Virus record (IMG/VR): IMGVR_UViG_3300028041_000098
Location: 1 to 57,384 of that record
Source of the DNA: a virus
Taxonomy: Duplodnaviria; Caudoviricetes
Length of the DNA: 57,384 nt
Reading direction: 5' to 3' (one strand)
In this document: in pieces, positions 8,873 to 18,514 of the stretch
Layout: each line of letters starts with the position of its first letter
Position numbering within the stretch: the first letter of the stretch is position 1
Made by a program: the position numbers and the translations under genes
The notes under the pieces: model-generated
What the model was told of the DNA's origin: nothing
The model's database searches: none
What the model saw: the letters and a program-made list of their open reading frames with translations, nothing else

Positions 8873-9313
8873 ATGTCCGCCATCGTCTGGCACACCCTCG
8901 GGCTGGCCGAGATCGAGGCCTGGCACCGCGCCGACGGCACGGAGCTCCGCTGCGTGCTGCGCATCGAGCACGTCGCGTGGCCGCACGCCTTCCGGATTCG
9001 CGCGTACCGGCCCCTGGAGACCGCCTTCGATCCGCTCGTGCTGACGCTCCGGCACAGCGCGCTCTCGATCGACGACGCGAAGCGGCTCGCCGAGCTCCTC
9101 GAATCGGAGTTCCCCGCCGAACGCCACGACGAACGCTCGCTCGAGCAGCTGCTCGACGAGCACCGGCGGCAACGCGAGGCGGCCCAGCCGCGGCCGACAC
9201 GCTGCCAGTTCGTCCACGCGTGGAAGGTGGGGGCGCGCGACAGCGACGCCTGCCTGTGCGGCTCGGTCACGAAGGGGTTCGCGCGCGACGCGGGACTGGC
9301 GGTGCCGGCATGA
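8873..9313 (+). CDS. Hypothetical protein
   Basis: GAGG RBS, codon bias. Confidence 0.65.
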   Translation: MSAIVWHTLGLAEIEAWHRADGTELRCVLRIEHVAWPHAFRIRAYRPLETAFDPLVLTLRHSALSIDDAKRLAELLESEFPAERHDERSLEQLLDEHRRQREAAQPRPTRCQFVHAWKVGARDSDACLCGSVTKGFARDAGLAVPA

Positions 9314-9525
9314 GACCGCACCAGCACGCGCCCGTCAAATCGCTCCGAACGGTTCGGCCGTTCACGCACTGCGTGGCGGAGCGGCCGGCGGAGTGCAACG
9401 AGCGGGCACACCAGAACAGCACCGTCGAGGACACGTGCCGGTGCGGCGCGAAGCGCAGCATGAACCGCAACATCGGGGGGCTTGCGGTTGAGTCCTCCGG
9501 CTGGCGACGGCAGGAGGGTGCATGA
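9310..9525 (+). CDS. Small Cys/His hypothetical protein
   Basis: ATGA overlaps at both ends. Confidence 0.6.
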   Translation: MRPHQHAPVKSLRTVRPFTHCVAERPAECNERAHQNSTVEDTCRCGAKRSMNRNIGGLAVESSGWRRQEGA

Positions 9526-10214
9526 CGCCGATGAACGCGCTCGTCGCGACGGCGCCGCCGCAGTTCGCGTTCGACCCCGAGAAGCACCTCTACACGATCG
9601 ATGGCCAGGTGGTGCCGAGCGTGACGCAGGTCCTCGAGGAGGAGCGGTTCATCGATTTCTCGGTCATCCCCGGCGAGACACTCGAGCAGGCGAAGGCGCG
9701 CGGGACCTACGTCCACACGGTCCTGCACTACTACCTCGAGGGCGACTTCGACCTCGCGGACGTCGACGAGCGGTTCCGCGGGTACGTGGACTCGGCGCTG
9801 GAGTATCTCGCGGTCGCCGGCATGAAGCCGCTCCGCGGCGCCGACGGCACGCCGATCGCGGTCGAGTACCGCTTCTGGGATCCCGATCGGCGGTTCGCCG
9901 GGACGATGGACTACCTGGCGTACGACAGTGACGGGGTCCTCGCGATCAACGACTGGAAGACCGGCGAGCCGAGCGACGTCGCGGCGCCCCTGCAGACCGC
10001 GGCGTACGAGTACGGCGTCCGCAAGTTCCTCCTGCCGACGGTCCTCCCGACATACGCGAAGTCGAAGAAACCGATCCGCCGGCGTGCCGTGAAGTTGTAT
10101 CGCGACGGCAAGCGCGGCCGGCCGGAGCCCTACGAGGACCCGCGGGACCTCGCGATGTTCTTCTGCGCGCTCTCGTGCGTGCATTTCCGCCGCAATCACC
10201 AGCGGCACCTCTGA
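9522..10214 (+). CDS. PD-(D/E)XK exonuclease (RecB/Cas4-like), recombination partner
   Basis: PSVTQVL, RGTYVH, VEY, FAGTMD, INDWKTG, LQTAAY. Confidence 0.88.
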   Translation: MTPMNALVATAPPQFAFDPEKHLYTIDGQVVPSVTQVLEEERFIDFSVIPGETLEQAKARGTYVHTVLHYYLEGDFDLADVDERFRGYVDSALEYLAVAGMKPLRGADGTPIAVEYRFWDPDRRFAGTMDYLAYDSDGVLAINDWKTGEPSDVAAPLQTAAYEYGVRKFLLPTVLPTYAKSKKPIRRRAVKLYRDGKRGRPEPYEDPRDLAMFFCALSCVHFRRNHQRHL

Positions 10215-10223
10215 AGGAGCGAC

Positions 10224-10973
10224 ATGGCAACAGAAACCGAGGTCGTCACACAGCAACCGATGGAGGCGACCGTCCTCCTGCAGCCGAAGAACCGCGCGGA
10301 GATCGACGCCGAACGCGCCGCGCTCGTGCTCGAGGCGGAGCGCGGGCTGCCCGACGAGATCGCGAGCCCAGCCGAGTACACGGCCGTCGGCGAGCTCGAG
10401 GTGCGACTCAACGGGTACGTGAAGAAGTTCGAGCCGGTTTTCGACGACCACGTCGCAAAGGCCCGGAGCGTTTGGCAGACCGCGTGCGCGATCCGCGACG
10501 TGTTCATCAAGGGCCCCAAGGACTTCGCTGCGCGATGCCGGCGGCTGCGCGGCGATTACGAGCGGAAGCAGGAGCAGATCCGGCTCGCCGAGGAACGGCG
10601 CCTCGCGGAGGAAGAGCGGCAGCGTCAACTGGCCCAGCGCAATGCCGAGGCGAAGCTGCTCGAGAAGCAGGGGCAGAAGGAAATGGCCGCCGCGGTCCGG
10701 CAGCAGCCGGTGCTGGCGCCGTCGGTCACGCTGCCGAGCGCGGTGCCGACGGTGGCGGGGGTGCGCGCCACCAGGAAGAACTGGACCTGGCGCATTGCCG
10801 GGTGCACCGACGCGTTCGGCGGCCGCAAGGATCCTGCGGCGCGGAAGCGCGCCGCCGCGCTGGTGCCGCGCGAGTACCTGACGCTCGACGACGCCGCGCT
10901 GACGGCGATCGCGAAGTCGATGAAGGGGACCGTCAAGATCCCGGGCATCGAGTTCTACGAGGAGAAGGTCTAG
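10224..10973 (+). CDS. Coiled-coil phage protein (Gp157/Gam-like)
   Basis: Long coiled coil; C-terminal VPREYLTLD...IPGIEFYEE. Confidence 0.65.
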   Translation: MATETEVVTQQPMEATVLLQPKNRAEIDAERAALVLEAERGLPDEIASPAEYTAVGELEVRLNGYVKKFEPVFDDHVAKARSVWQTACAIRDVFIKGPKDFAARCRRLRGDYERKQEQIRLAEERRLAEEERQRQLAQRNAEAKLLEKQGQKEMAAAVRQQPVLAPSVTLPSAVPTVAGVRATRKNWTWRIAGCTDAFGGRKDPAARKRAAALVPREYLTLDDAALTAIAKSMKGTVKIPGIEFYEEKV

Positions 10974-10978
10974 CACGT

Positions 10979-11362
10979 GTGGCCGTTCCGAACTGGAAGC
11001 CGCAGCGCCAGAGTGCCAGCGCACAGCGGCGGGCGAAGGAGGAGGTACGGCGCCGCGACGGGTGCCGGTGCCGGGTGTGCGGCCGCCCGACGCGCGTGGT
11101 GCACGAGCACAAGACACGGGGCGCCGGTGGCCGCGTCTCGCTGGAGAACTCGCTCTGCGTCTGCGACGTCGGCGACGGCGGCCTGTGCCATCCGCTGCTC
11201 CAGCGCGACGACATCCTGCCGGTCATGGCGGACGGCGCGGAGACGTTCGACGCGAGCGGCTGGCTGGATTTCGAGATGACCGAAACCGTCGCGCGAAAGG
11301 TATTTGGGGATCGATCGCGACCCGCCCACGTGCGGATCGTGGAGGACACGCAGGGTGCCTGA
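10979..11362 (+). CDS. HNH endonuclease
   Basis: VRRRDGCRCRVCG...VHEHKTRGAGG...ENSLCVC...CH. Confidence 0.8.
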   Translation: MAVPNWKPQRQSASAQRRAKEEVRRRDGCRCRVCGRPTRVVHEHKTRGAGGRVSLENSLCVCDVGDGGLCHPLLQRDDILPVMADGAETFDASGWLDFEMTETVARKVFGDRSRPAHVRIVEDTQGA

Positions 11363-12467
11363 CGACAGGCTGTTTCACAAACGCCTTGGCCATTCGGAGA
11401 AGGTCAACGCGTTATCGGATCTCGAGGACATCGTGTGGCGGACGTACATCCAGGCAGCCGACGACTTCGGCGTCATGCGGTTCTCGCCGCTTCCTCTGCA
11501 GGATTTCTATGACCGGCTGGCGAAGCACTCGACGCAGAAGGTGATGCGGATGCTCGAACGGGTCGCCGAGGTGGGCCTGGTCAGCCTCTTCGACCACCAG
11601 GGCCGCACCTACTGCTATCAGGTCGATTGGCAGGACTACCAGAAGATCCGCTACGCGCTCGCGACGGCGAACCCGCGGATCCCGGCACCGCTCCTCGCGG
11701 ACTGCAGCATCGCCACGCAATGGCTGCACACCCTCTGGCCTGGCGGCGGCGGTCGTGGGAAGAAGCTGAAGAACTGGACACCGGAGAAAACCTGGACGCC
11801 GCCCAACTGGGAGGACCGTTCCGGGAACGGTTCCGGGAACGGTTCCGGGAACGGTTCCAGAACGGTTCCAGACCGCAACGCGCGACACGCGGACCGTACC
11901 GCGCGTCACCCTGGGTGCCCTGTCCCTGTCAGTAGTACCCAGCTGGAACTACTCCCGCCTGTGCTGGTACACACGGCTGTAAGTACAAACCTACCGGCGC
12001 TGTCGCGCCGGCCTGTTGATTCCCTGTTGAAAACCCATGTCGAAGCGGACGAGGCGACCGCCTCCGTCGACGCCGGTGCCCTGGCGGCAGCTCTGCCAGA
12101 TCGCCCGCTCGCTGATCGAGGCGGAGCCGACGATGTCGGACAGCGAGTGGAAAGCGCGGATTCGCGATCGGCTGGCGCACTTGGAGTTCGCGCAGCCACC
12201 GACGAGCGAACCGATCCACGCGGCCATGGCGGCCGTCGAGAAGGCGCTCGAACGGCGGTGGGGACCGCGGCCGACGGGGCTGGTGACGCCGGCTCCACCG
12301 CGGCCACCGCAGCGCCAGGCGGACCCGCCCTGGGCCATGCGTCGCGAGCCACCGGGCCCCTTCACCCCGCTGCAGACGCTGATGATCCGGCTGGTGCAAG
12401 GGCTCTCGACACCCGGACGCTCGTCGACCAGTTGCGCCAGCTCGCCGCCGGAGGGCGCCGCCGATGA
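11355..12467 (+). CDS. Phage replication initiator-like protein
   Basis: N-terminal SEKVNALS...AADDFG...GLVSLF...WQDYQKI domain; internal tandem repeats; 3' part of this frame has poor codon bias. Confidence 0.65.
   Translation: MPDDRLFHKRLGHSEKVNALSDLEDIVWRTYIQAADDFGVMRFSPLPLQDFYDRLAKHSTQKVMRMLERVAEVGLVSLFDHQGRTYCYQVDWQDYQKIRYALATANPRIPAPLLADCSIATQWLHTLWPGGGGRGKKLKNWTPEKTWTPPNWEDRSGNGSGNGSGNGSRTVPDRNARHADRTARHPGCPVPVSSTQLELLPPVLVHTAVSTNLPALSRRPVDSLLKTHVEADEATASVDAGALAAALPDRPLADRGGADDVGQRVESADSRSAGALGVRAATDERTDPRGHGGRREGARTAVGTAADGAGDAGSTAATAAPGGPALGHASRATGPLHPAADADDPAGARALDTRTLVDQLRQLAAGGRRR
11818..11875. repeat. Iteron-like tandem repeats (putative phage ori)
   Basis: GTTCCGGGAACG x3 then GTTCCAGAACG, GTTCCAGACCG. 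Confidence 0.75.
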
Positions 12468-12507
12468 TCACGCGGTCGCTCTTTCACCCGCTCGACGACG
12501 TCGCTGA
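12037..12507 (+). CDS. Hypothetical protein overlapping replication ORF in +1 frame
   Basis: Strong G/C third-position bias in this frame; no SD. Confidence 0.55.
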   Translation: MSKRTRRPPPSTPVPWRQLCQIARSLIEAEPTMSDSEWKARIRDRLAHLEFAQPPTSEPIHAAMAAVEKALERRWGPRPTGLVTPAPPRPPQRQADPPWAMRREPPGPFTPLQTLMIRLVQGLSTPGRSSTSCASSPPEGAADDHAVALSPARRRR

Positions 12508-12985
12508 CATCACGCGGCCCCGGCTGGAGTTCGTAGCGCCCGGCTCGTGGATCTTCCGGATCCCACGTGAGGTTCGCTCGCTCAACGCGACGATGTGGGG
12601 TCATTGGCGCAATGCGCAGCGTGAGCGCGAGGGCTGGGAGCACGAGCTCGCCGGCGCGATCGCCGCGTACGTCGTCCTCCGCGGGCTCGACGGCTGGCGC
12701 CCCGGCGAACGGGTGGCGCAGCAGCAGCTCGTCGGCCGTCGCGAATACCGACGCGTCCAGGTGCTGCGCCTGATCCCGTCCGCGCGTCATCGGCTCGACC
12801 CGGGGAACCGCCGCGCCTGCGACAAGCACCTGGTCGACGCCATGAAGCGTGTCGGCCTGATCACCAACGACAACGCGAAGTGGCTCGAGCACGGCGAGCC
12901 GCTCGAGATGGTCGCCCCCGACGGGAAGTTCTGGACCGTGATTCAGCTCGATCGTCCTGACGTTCGAGCGGCGTGGAGGAGTTGA
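12464..12985 (+). CDS. RusA-like Holliday junction resolvase
   Basis: RSLN...W...RLDPGN...KHLVDAMKRVGLITNDN. Confidence 0.7.
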   Translation: MITRSLFHPLDDVADITRPRLEFVAPGSWIFRIPREVRSLNATMWGHWRNAQREREGWEHELAGAIAAYVVLRGLDGWRPGERVAQQQLVGRREYRRVQVLRLIPSARHRLDPGNRRACDKHLVDAMKRVGLITNDNAKWLEHGEPLEMVAPDGKFWTVIQLDRPDVRAAWRS

Positions 12986-14482
12986 ATGGCGAAGCGAAAG
13001 GCATCGACCAAGGCCCGGTACTCCATGGCCGCGCGGAGCGGTCGGCACCGCGATCGGTACGGGAAGACAACGCGGAGTCCGCGAACCGCGCCGGCGGACG
13101 TGAGGCCGGCTGCGGCGGGACGCCAGCCGACGACGTACACCTGGACCGCCGACCAGGATCAACTGCTGCGCGACTACTACGCCGCCAATCCCCGGCGTGC
13201 CGCACGATCCGTGGCGACGGTCCTCGGCTGGCCGTTCCACGTCGTGAAGAACCGCATCAAGGCGCTCGCGCTCGACCGCGACGCCACCGAGGCCGCCGCG
13301 GCCCCTGAACAGACCGACTCCCCCAGCACTCACCAGACGCCATCGCGCGCGCGGCGCCGCAACAAGCGCGCGACGGACACGCCCGCGTCACCCCCTCCGC
13401 CTGACGAGCAGCAGGTCACGGGTGACGTCGCGGAGGCGCCGGCCGCGCGTCTCCGTCACGCCATCTGCCCGAACCGCCCGCACTGCTACACGCGCGCGCA
13501 ATTCGATCCGACTGACCCTCCGGAGCAGCTGCGCGAACAGGGGTTCATCTACGGCCTCGATCCGGCGACGCAGATGCCGATCTGCGCGAACTGCCGCACG
13601 ACCATGGTGGCCGCCGAGCCGGTTGATGCGCCCGAGGCCATTCGCCAGGCGATCGCCGCCGGCGACAGTCACCAGCCACGGCTCTGGCCCGACCCGCCGT
13701 TCAACTCCGATGGCGCGCTGCGCGAGCTGTTCGAGAAGCGCCGCGAGACGCGTCTGCTGAAGGAGGCGGCCGAGGCGGCGCAGCGGGCCGCAAAGAAGGC
13801 GCAGAAGGCGTACGCGAAGAGCCTCGTCGAGAAGGACGCGATGGAGGAGGCCTTCGAGGAGCGCATGATCCGGCAGGAACGCGAGGCGCAGCGGCGTCGC
13901 GATCGTGCCGAGGAGACGCTCGAGGATGTCGCGCGCGCCGCGAGCGCCTGCACGTTCGAACGCAACACGGGGCAGCCGTGCCCCGTGTGCCGCGCCGCGA
14001 GCCCCAGCCTGGTCGCCGCCGCCCTGCAGTCGACCAACGGCGCCCTCACCGACCTCGCGAGTGAAGCGCACCGCGCGCTCGCGCTCAACGCCAACTCCCG
14101 CGCGATCGACATCGCCGAGAAGCTGCGCGACGCCGGTCTCGTCGTCGACGCGCTCACCGCGCGCGGACTGCTCGGCATCCCCGAGGACGTCGTCGCCACC
14201 TGGACGGAGGACGAGCGGCGCCAGGCGCTCGCCTGGGTCGACGGTGGGCTCTCGCTCGAGGAGATCCCCGACGTGCTCGGCCAGCCGCATCGCGCCGCCG
14301 CCGCCGGCGCGGACGAGCAGCACTGCGCCGCGTGCGGCGCGCGGATCCTCCGGCTGAACGCCGGCGACGGTGACGTGCAGCCGTACCCGGAGGGTGCGCT
14401 GGTCGGCATGCACTGCACCGGCGTCGAAACGGCGGCGCCGGCGGCCGAAGACGCACCAGCGACGGCAGCCGCGGAGGTGTGA
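12986..14482 (+). CDS. Hypothetical protein with HTH-like N-terminus, Zn fingers and coiled coil
   Basis: GGAGGAG RBS; WTADQDQLLRDYY; several CxxC. Confidence 0.7.
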   Translation: MAKRKASTKARYSMAARSGRHRDRYGKTTRSPRTAPADVRPAAAGRQPTTYTWTADQDQLLRDYYAANPRRAARSVATVLGWPFHVVKNRIKALALDRDATEAAAAPEQTDSPSTHQTPSRARRRNKRATDTPASPPPPDEQQVTGDVAEAPAARLRHAICPNRPHCYTRAQFDPTDPPEQLREQGFIYGLDPATQMPICANCRTTMVAAEPVDAPEAIRQAIAAGDSHQPRLWPDPPFNSDGALRELFEKRRETRLLKEAAEAAQRAAKKAQKAYAKSLVEKDAMEEAFEERMIRQEREAQRRRDRAEETLEDVARAASACTFERNTGQPCPVCRAASPSLVAAALQSTNGALTDLASEAHRALALNANSRAIDIAEKLRDAGLVVDALTARGLLGIPEDVVATWTEDERRQALAWVDGGLSLEEIPDVLGQPHRAAAAGADEQHCAACGARILRLNAGDGDVQPYPEGALVGMHCTGVETAAPAAEDAPATAAAEV

Positions 14483-14486
14483 CGCG

Positions 14487-14729
14487 ATGGGGTTCATTGC
14501 GCGTCTCATCGCTCGCTTCCGGCGGCCCCGTCTGACGAGCGGGAAGGTCCCGGCGCCCGCGCCGTGGCCGCCACCGCCCGCACCACCGCCGGCCGCCGCC
14601 GGCACCCACACCCATCGCTGTGGCGCCTGCGGCTACGTGTGGCGACACGGCGACGAGAACGCGGGCATCAGGACGGCGCACCTGTGCCCCCGCTGCGGCG
14701 GCGGCCCGTGGTGGACACGGGGCGCGTGA
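14487..14729 (+). CDS. Zn-ribbon microprotein
   Basis: GGAGG RBS; CGACG...CPRCG. Confidence 0.65.
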   Translation: MGFIARLIARFRRPRLTSGKVPAPAPWPPPPAPPPAAAGTHTHRCGACGYVWRHGDENAGIRTAHLCPRCGGGPWWTRGA

Positions 14730-14746
14730 CGACGAGGAGGAGTGCA

Positions 14747-15070
14747 ATGGCCAGCAGAGCAGAGCGAGCCCTCGGCGAGATCGCCGACGAGTTCGATGAT
14801 CTCCCCGACGACGAGGACGACTTCGACGGCGAGCCGGACGAGGACGAGGAGGACGACGACTACCTCGCGCCGCTGAGCCCCGCAGACACCGTCCCGCTGC
14901 TCGCCGCGGCGCGACAGGAGGCGGCGCCACGGTGGCTGCAGGCCGACGGCCGGATCCGCATGCCGGCCGGCGAGATGACGTGCCGTGTGTGCGGCTGCAG
15001 CGACAGTCGTGCGTGCCGAGGCGGATGCCTCTGGGCGGCGCCGAATCTCTGCTCACGGTGTGTCGCATGA
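14747..15070 (+). CDS. Acidic protein with Cys-rich C-terminus
   Basis: GAGGAG RBS; CRVCGCSDSRACRGGCLW...CSRC. Confidence 0.7.
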   Translation: MASRAERALGEIADEFDDLPDDEDDFDGEPDEDEEDDDYLAPLSPADTVPLLAAARQEAAPRWLQADGRIRMPAGEMTCRVCGCSDSRACRGGCLWAAPNLCSRCVA

Positions 15071-15219
15071 AACGGAGGGGACACCGAACCGAGCCGTACC
15101 GCGCGCGGCGCCGGCGGCAGCGCGACCGCGGGAAGTGCGTGACGTGTCGGAGGCGCCTGCCGGCCGAGTACCGACGGGCACGATGGCTGGAATGCCCCAG
15201 CTGTGAAATCCCGTTCTGA
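15067..15219 (+). CDS. Zn-finger microprotein
   Basis: ATGA overlap; CVTC...CPSC. Confidence 0.55.
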   Translation: MKRRGHRTEPYRARRRRQRDRGKCVTCRRRLPAEYRRARWLECPSCEIPF

Positions 15220-15235
15220 CGAGAGGAGAGGACCG

Positions 15236-15862
15236 ATGCAGAACACCATCGGCGCGGCTGCACCCGCGCTGCCAGCGGACCCCGTGATCGAGTGGCTCGA
15301 GCGGATCCGCGACTACGTGGTCGCCACACCCGAATCGAAGGAGCTCGCGCAGCGCGCGATCGATCGGCTGACGCGCGCGGACGAGCCCACCATTGGCGAC
15401 GTCATCGAGCAGCTCCGTCACGAGATGGGCTGCTGGCGTGCGCGCCGCGGCTCCGTTGTGGCGGATCGTCCTGGAGCCACGCAGTTTCCAGCGGCGGGCC
15501 CCGACGACCTGCGCTACTACGGCGGCCACCTGGTCGCCGAGTCGATGAGCGCCAAGGCGGCGATCGCCGTTGCCCGCCTGCCGCAGCTGCTCGACGTCGC
15601 CAGCGCGACGCCCGAAGGGCGCGAGGTCCTCGCGGACATCGCCCGGGACCTGACCGATCCGCGGCCGACGCAGCGCGTCGTGGATCGCCTGGACGGGTCG
15701 CTCCGGATCCACCGGCTCGCCGACGACTTCGAGGTCTCGGACTTCGACGGTGTCGCACACCTCCTGCGCGCCCTCGCCGCCACGGTGATGGATCGCACCA
15801 CGCCCGCCCTGGCGCAGCGGCTCTACGACTGGATGGAACGCGAACGCGAGCGTGCCCGATGA
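15236..15862 (+). CDS. Hypothetical phage protein (YYGGHLVAES motif)
   Basis: GAGGA RBS, codon bias. Confidence 0.7.
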   Translation: MQNTIGAAAPALPADPVIEWLERIRDYVVATPESKELAQRAIDRLTRADEPTIGDVIEQLRHEMGCWRARRGSVVADRPGATQFPAAGPDDLRYYGGHLVAESMSAKAAIAVARLPQLLDVASATPEGREVLADIARDLTDPRPTQRVVDRLDGSLRIHRLADDFEVSDFDGVAHLLRALAATVMDRTTPALAQRLYDWMERERERAR

Positions 15863-16068
15863 GCCAGCAGAACCTGAAGAACCCGACCAACACGCCGCGG
15901 ATCGATCTGCGGTCGATCGACACGGAGATCCTCAAACGCGAGCTCCGTGCGCGGGAGCGCTGCGCGACCTGCGGCACGCAGCACGCGCGCAGCTGGAAAA
16001 CGGCCGGACGGAACCGCGTGCTCTGCGACGAGTGCGCGCCCGATCACGCGGTCGACGTGACGTCATAG
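15859..16068 (+). CDS. Zn-finger microprotein
   Basis: ATGA overlap; CATC...CDEC. Confidence 0.6.
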   Translation: MSQQNLKNPTNTPRIDLRSIDTEILKRELRARERCATCGTQHARSWKTAGRNRVLCDECAPDHAVDVTS

Positions 16069-16110
16069 CCGGTTCGTCGGACCGGCCATCAACGAAGGGG
16101 ACAGATCACG

Positions 16111-17643
16111 ATGCAACCACAGACCACGACGGCGCCGGATGGCGCCGCCACTCTCGTCGAGAAATTCGAGAAGCTGCCGATCGCCACGATTCAGCGGTCG
16201 GCCACGAATCCCCGCACGCACTTCGACGATGCCTACATCGCCGAACTCGCGTACAGCATCACGGAGAAGGGGCTCATCCAGCCGATCGTCGTCCGCCCGC
16301 ATGCCGAGCAGCGGGGCACCTACGAGATCGTCGCCGGCGAGTGCCGGTGGCGCGCCTCGAAGCTCGCCGGACTGGACCGCGTGCCGACGATCATCCGGAG
16401 CTACACCGACGAGCAGGTGCTCGAGGTGCAGCTGATCGAGAACATCCACCGCACCGATCTGACGCCGCTCGAGCAGGCCGTCGGATACCGGAAGCTGATC
16501 GACAGCAACCCCGACAAGCACAGCGCCGAGACGATCGCGCGGCGCATCGGGATGTCGCCGGCGTGGGTGTGGGACCGGCTGAAGCTGAACGATCTGATTC
16601 CCGAGGCGAAGCAGCTCCTCGAGGAGGAGCGGATCTCCGTCGGCCACGCGATCGTCATCTCCCGGCTGAAGCCGGCCGACCAGGCGCGCGTCATCAAGCC
16701 GGGCCGGTCGAACGGTTACAACGCCGATCGGAGCAGCGGGCTGTGGGAATCCGAGGATGCGTCGCTGCCGCTCGACCAGGACACAGGCAAGCCGGCGAAG
16801 AAGGGACCGTACGACGGCTGCAAACCGAAGACGATCCGGGAGCTCGAGAACTGGATCGCCGACCACATCCGGTTCGACATCCAGCATGCCGCGAAGGCAG
16901 CGCCGCTCGAGTTCGGTGAGGTCGCCGAGCAGGTCGCGGCGCGAGCCGCGGAGCCCGGCCGCGGCAAGAAGGTCGTCCCGATCACGTTCGACCAGGTGGC
17001 GCACACCGAAGCCGCGAAGGCCGACGACGAGCGGACGTACGGCTCGAGCGCCTGGAAGCGGGCGGACGGCCAAGCCGGCTCGAAGACGTGCGAGCACGCG
17101 GTCCTCGGCGTCGTCGTCGCCGGCGATCGCGAGTACGGCCGCTCGTTCGACGTCTGCGTCGCGCGACACAAATGCACCGTCCACTGGGCGAAGGAGGTCA
17201 AGGCGAAGCAGCAGGCGCAGAAGCTCCGGGAGTCGGGGCAGACGAAGAAGGCGGCGAATGTGGAGAAGCGCGCCGAGGATCGCTGGGCGGTGCAGCGGCG
17301 GCGCGAGGAGGAGCAGCGCAAGGCCTGGGAGGCGCTGAAGCCGAAGGCGATGGCGGCATTGGCCGAGCACCTGAAGACCCAGGCGGTCACGCCGGCACTC
17401 GTCGGGCAGTTGATCGGCTGGAATCTGAAGGAGGTCGAGAAGCTGACCGGCAAGCTCACCGAGAAGAACCTCGGTCAGGCAATCGCGCTCGCTGTCGTGA
17501 TCGACGACGGCACCTACAACCGCGACGCGTTCCTGCGGGCCGTGAAGCCGTTCGGGTTCAACCTGGGCGCCGTCGAGCGGGCGCAGAAGCCATCCGCCGC
17601 GGCGCCGGCGAAGAAGGCCGCGAAGGCCGGGAAGAAGCGGTAG
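16111..17643 (+). CDS. ParB/RepB/Spo0J family protein
   Basis: NPRTHFD...GLIQPIVVR...YEIVAGECRWRA...QLIENIHRTDLTPLEQA + HTH. Confidence 0.92.
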   Translation: MQPQTTTAPDGAATLVEKFEKLPIATIQRSATNPRTHFDDAYIAELAYSITEKGLIQPIVVRPHAEQRGTYEIVAGECRWRASKLAGLDRVPTIIRSYTDEQVLEVQLIENIHRTDLTPLEQAVGYRKLIDSNPDKHSAETIARRIGMSPAWVWDRLKLNDLIPEAKQLLEEERISVGHAIVISRLKPADQARVIKPGRSNGYNADRSSGLWESEDASLPLDQDTGKPAKKGPYDGCKPKTIRELENWIADHIRFDIQHAAKAAPLEFGEVAEQVAARAAEPGRGKKVVPITFDQVAHTEAAKADDERTYGSSAWKRADGQAGSKTCEHAVLGVVVAGDREYGRSFDVCVARHKCTVHWAKEVKAKQQAQKLRESGQTKKAANVEKRAEDRWAVQRRREEEQRKAWEALKPKAMAALAEHLKTQAVTPALVGQLIGWNLKEVEKLTGKLTEKNLGQAIALAVVIDDGTYNRDAFLRAVKPFGFNLGAVERAQKPSAAAPAKKAAKAGKKR

Positions 17644-17647
17644 CTCG

Positions 17648-18103
17648 ATGGTGTCCACCGCTCTGACCACTGCCCTCACCACGCTCCAGGAGACCGAGCA
17701 GCAGCTCGTCGTCGAGCTCGAGGCGACGCGTCGCGCGATCGCCGCCATTCAGGAGATCGCGGCACTGCCGGCCGCGGCGACCCGCGTCCGTGAAGACGCG
17801 GACCGCGGCCCCAGGCCCCGCCCACGCACGACCGGCGTGCCGGTCGCGGAACTGGCGCGCACGGCGGCGTCGCGCGACCGCGCGCTGCTGACGCTGATCG
17901 CCGGCGGAACGCGTTCGCGGTCGGCGCTGCGGTCGGCGCTACCCCTCGAGCCGGGCGTGACCGAGCGGCAGCACAAGTCGGCGGTCTCCAACACGCTGAC
18001 GCGGCTGTCCCGCCAGGGCCTCATCGTGCGCACCACGGACGGCTGGGAGTTGACCGCGAAAGGCCGCAAGGCTGCCGGCGCGCCGGCGAAGGAGGCGCCC
18101 TGA
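17648..18103 (+). CDS. Coiled-coil + winged-helix protein
   Basis: AVSNTLTRLSRQGLIVRTTDGWELT. Confidence 0.7.
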   Translation: MVSTALTTALTTLQETEQQLVVELEATRRAIAAIQEIAALPAAATRVREDADRGPRPRPRTTGVPVAELARTAASRDRALLTLIAGGTRSRSALRSALPLEPGVTERQHKSAVSNTLTRLSRQGLIVRTTDGWELTAKGRKAAGAPAKEAP

Positions 18104-18509
18104 ACCCGCGGCCGCCGAGCATCTCGCGAGCGAGGTTGAGCCCGCGCCGGCGGACCAGGCCGCGATCGATGCCGCGGAGGCCGAGGCTGACAACGTCACG
18201 GCCGACACCGCGCTGGACGACGTCGAGCTGCCGGAGCCGGACGCGGACCGCTGCCGGAAGTGCGGGAAGGACGTCATCGTCCTCAACGCGCGCGGGCTCT
18301 GCGCGGAGTGCTGCGCCCAGGCGGTGAGCCACGGCCGCTCGATGCGTCCGGGCCTGCGTCAGGAGACGACGGCGCCGCCGGCGGCGGCCGGCTGGTGGGT
18401 CGGGAAGGATCGCGACGCGTTCAGCGCGGCGGCGGCCGCACGGGCCGAGCAGCTGCGGACGTCCGCAGACGCCGCCAAGGTGAAGACGCCGGTCAACTTC
18501 GTGGAGTGA
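18102..18509 (+). CDS. Acidic/Zn-finger coding segment, probable +1 frameshift extension of 17648 gene
   Basis: Open GC3-rich frame with CRKC...CAEC but no ATG/GTG/TTG until 18324. Confidence 0.5.
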   Translation, partial: EPAAAEHLASEVEPAPADQAAIDAAEAEADNVTADTALDDVELPEPDADRCRKCGKDVIVLNARGLCAECCAQAVSHGRSMRPGLRQETTAPPAAAGWWVGKDRDAFSAAAAARAEQLRTSADAAKVKTPVNFVE

Positions 18510-18514
18510 CGACG

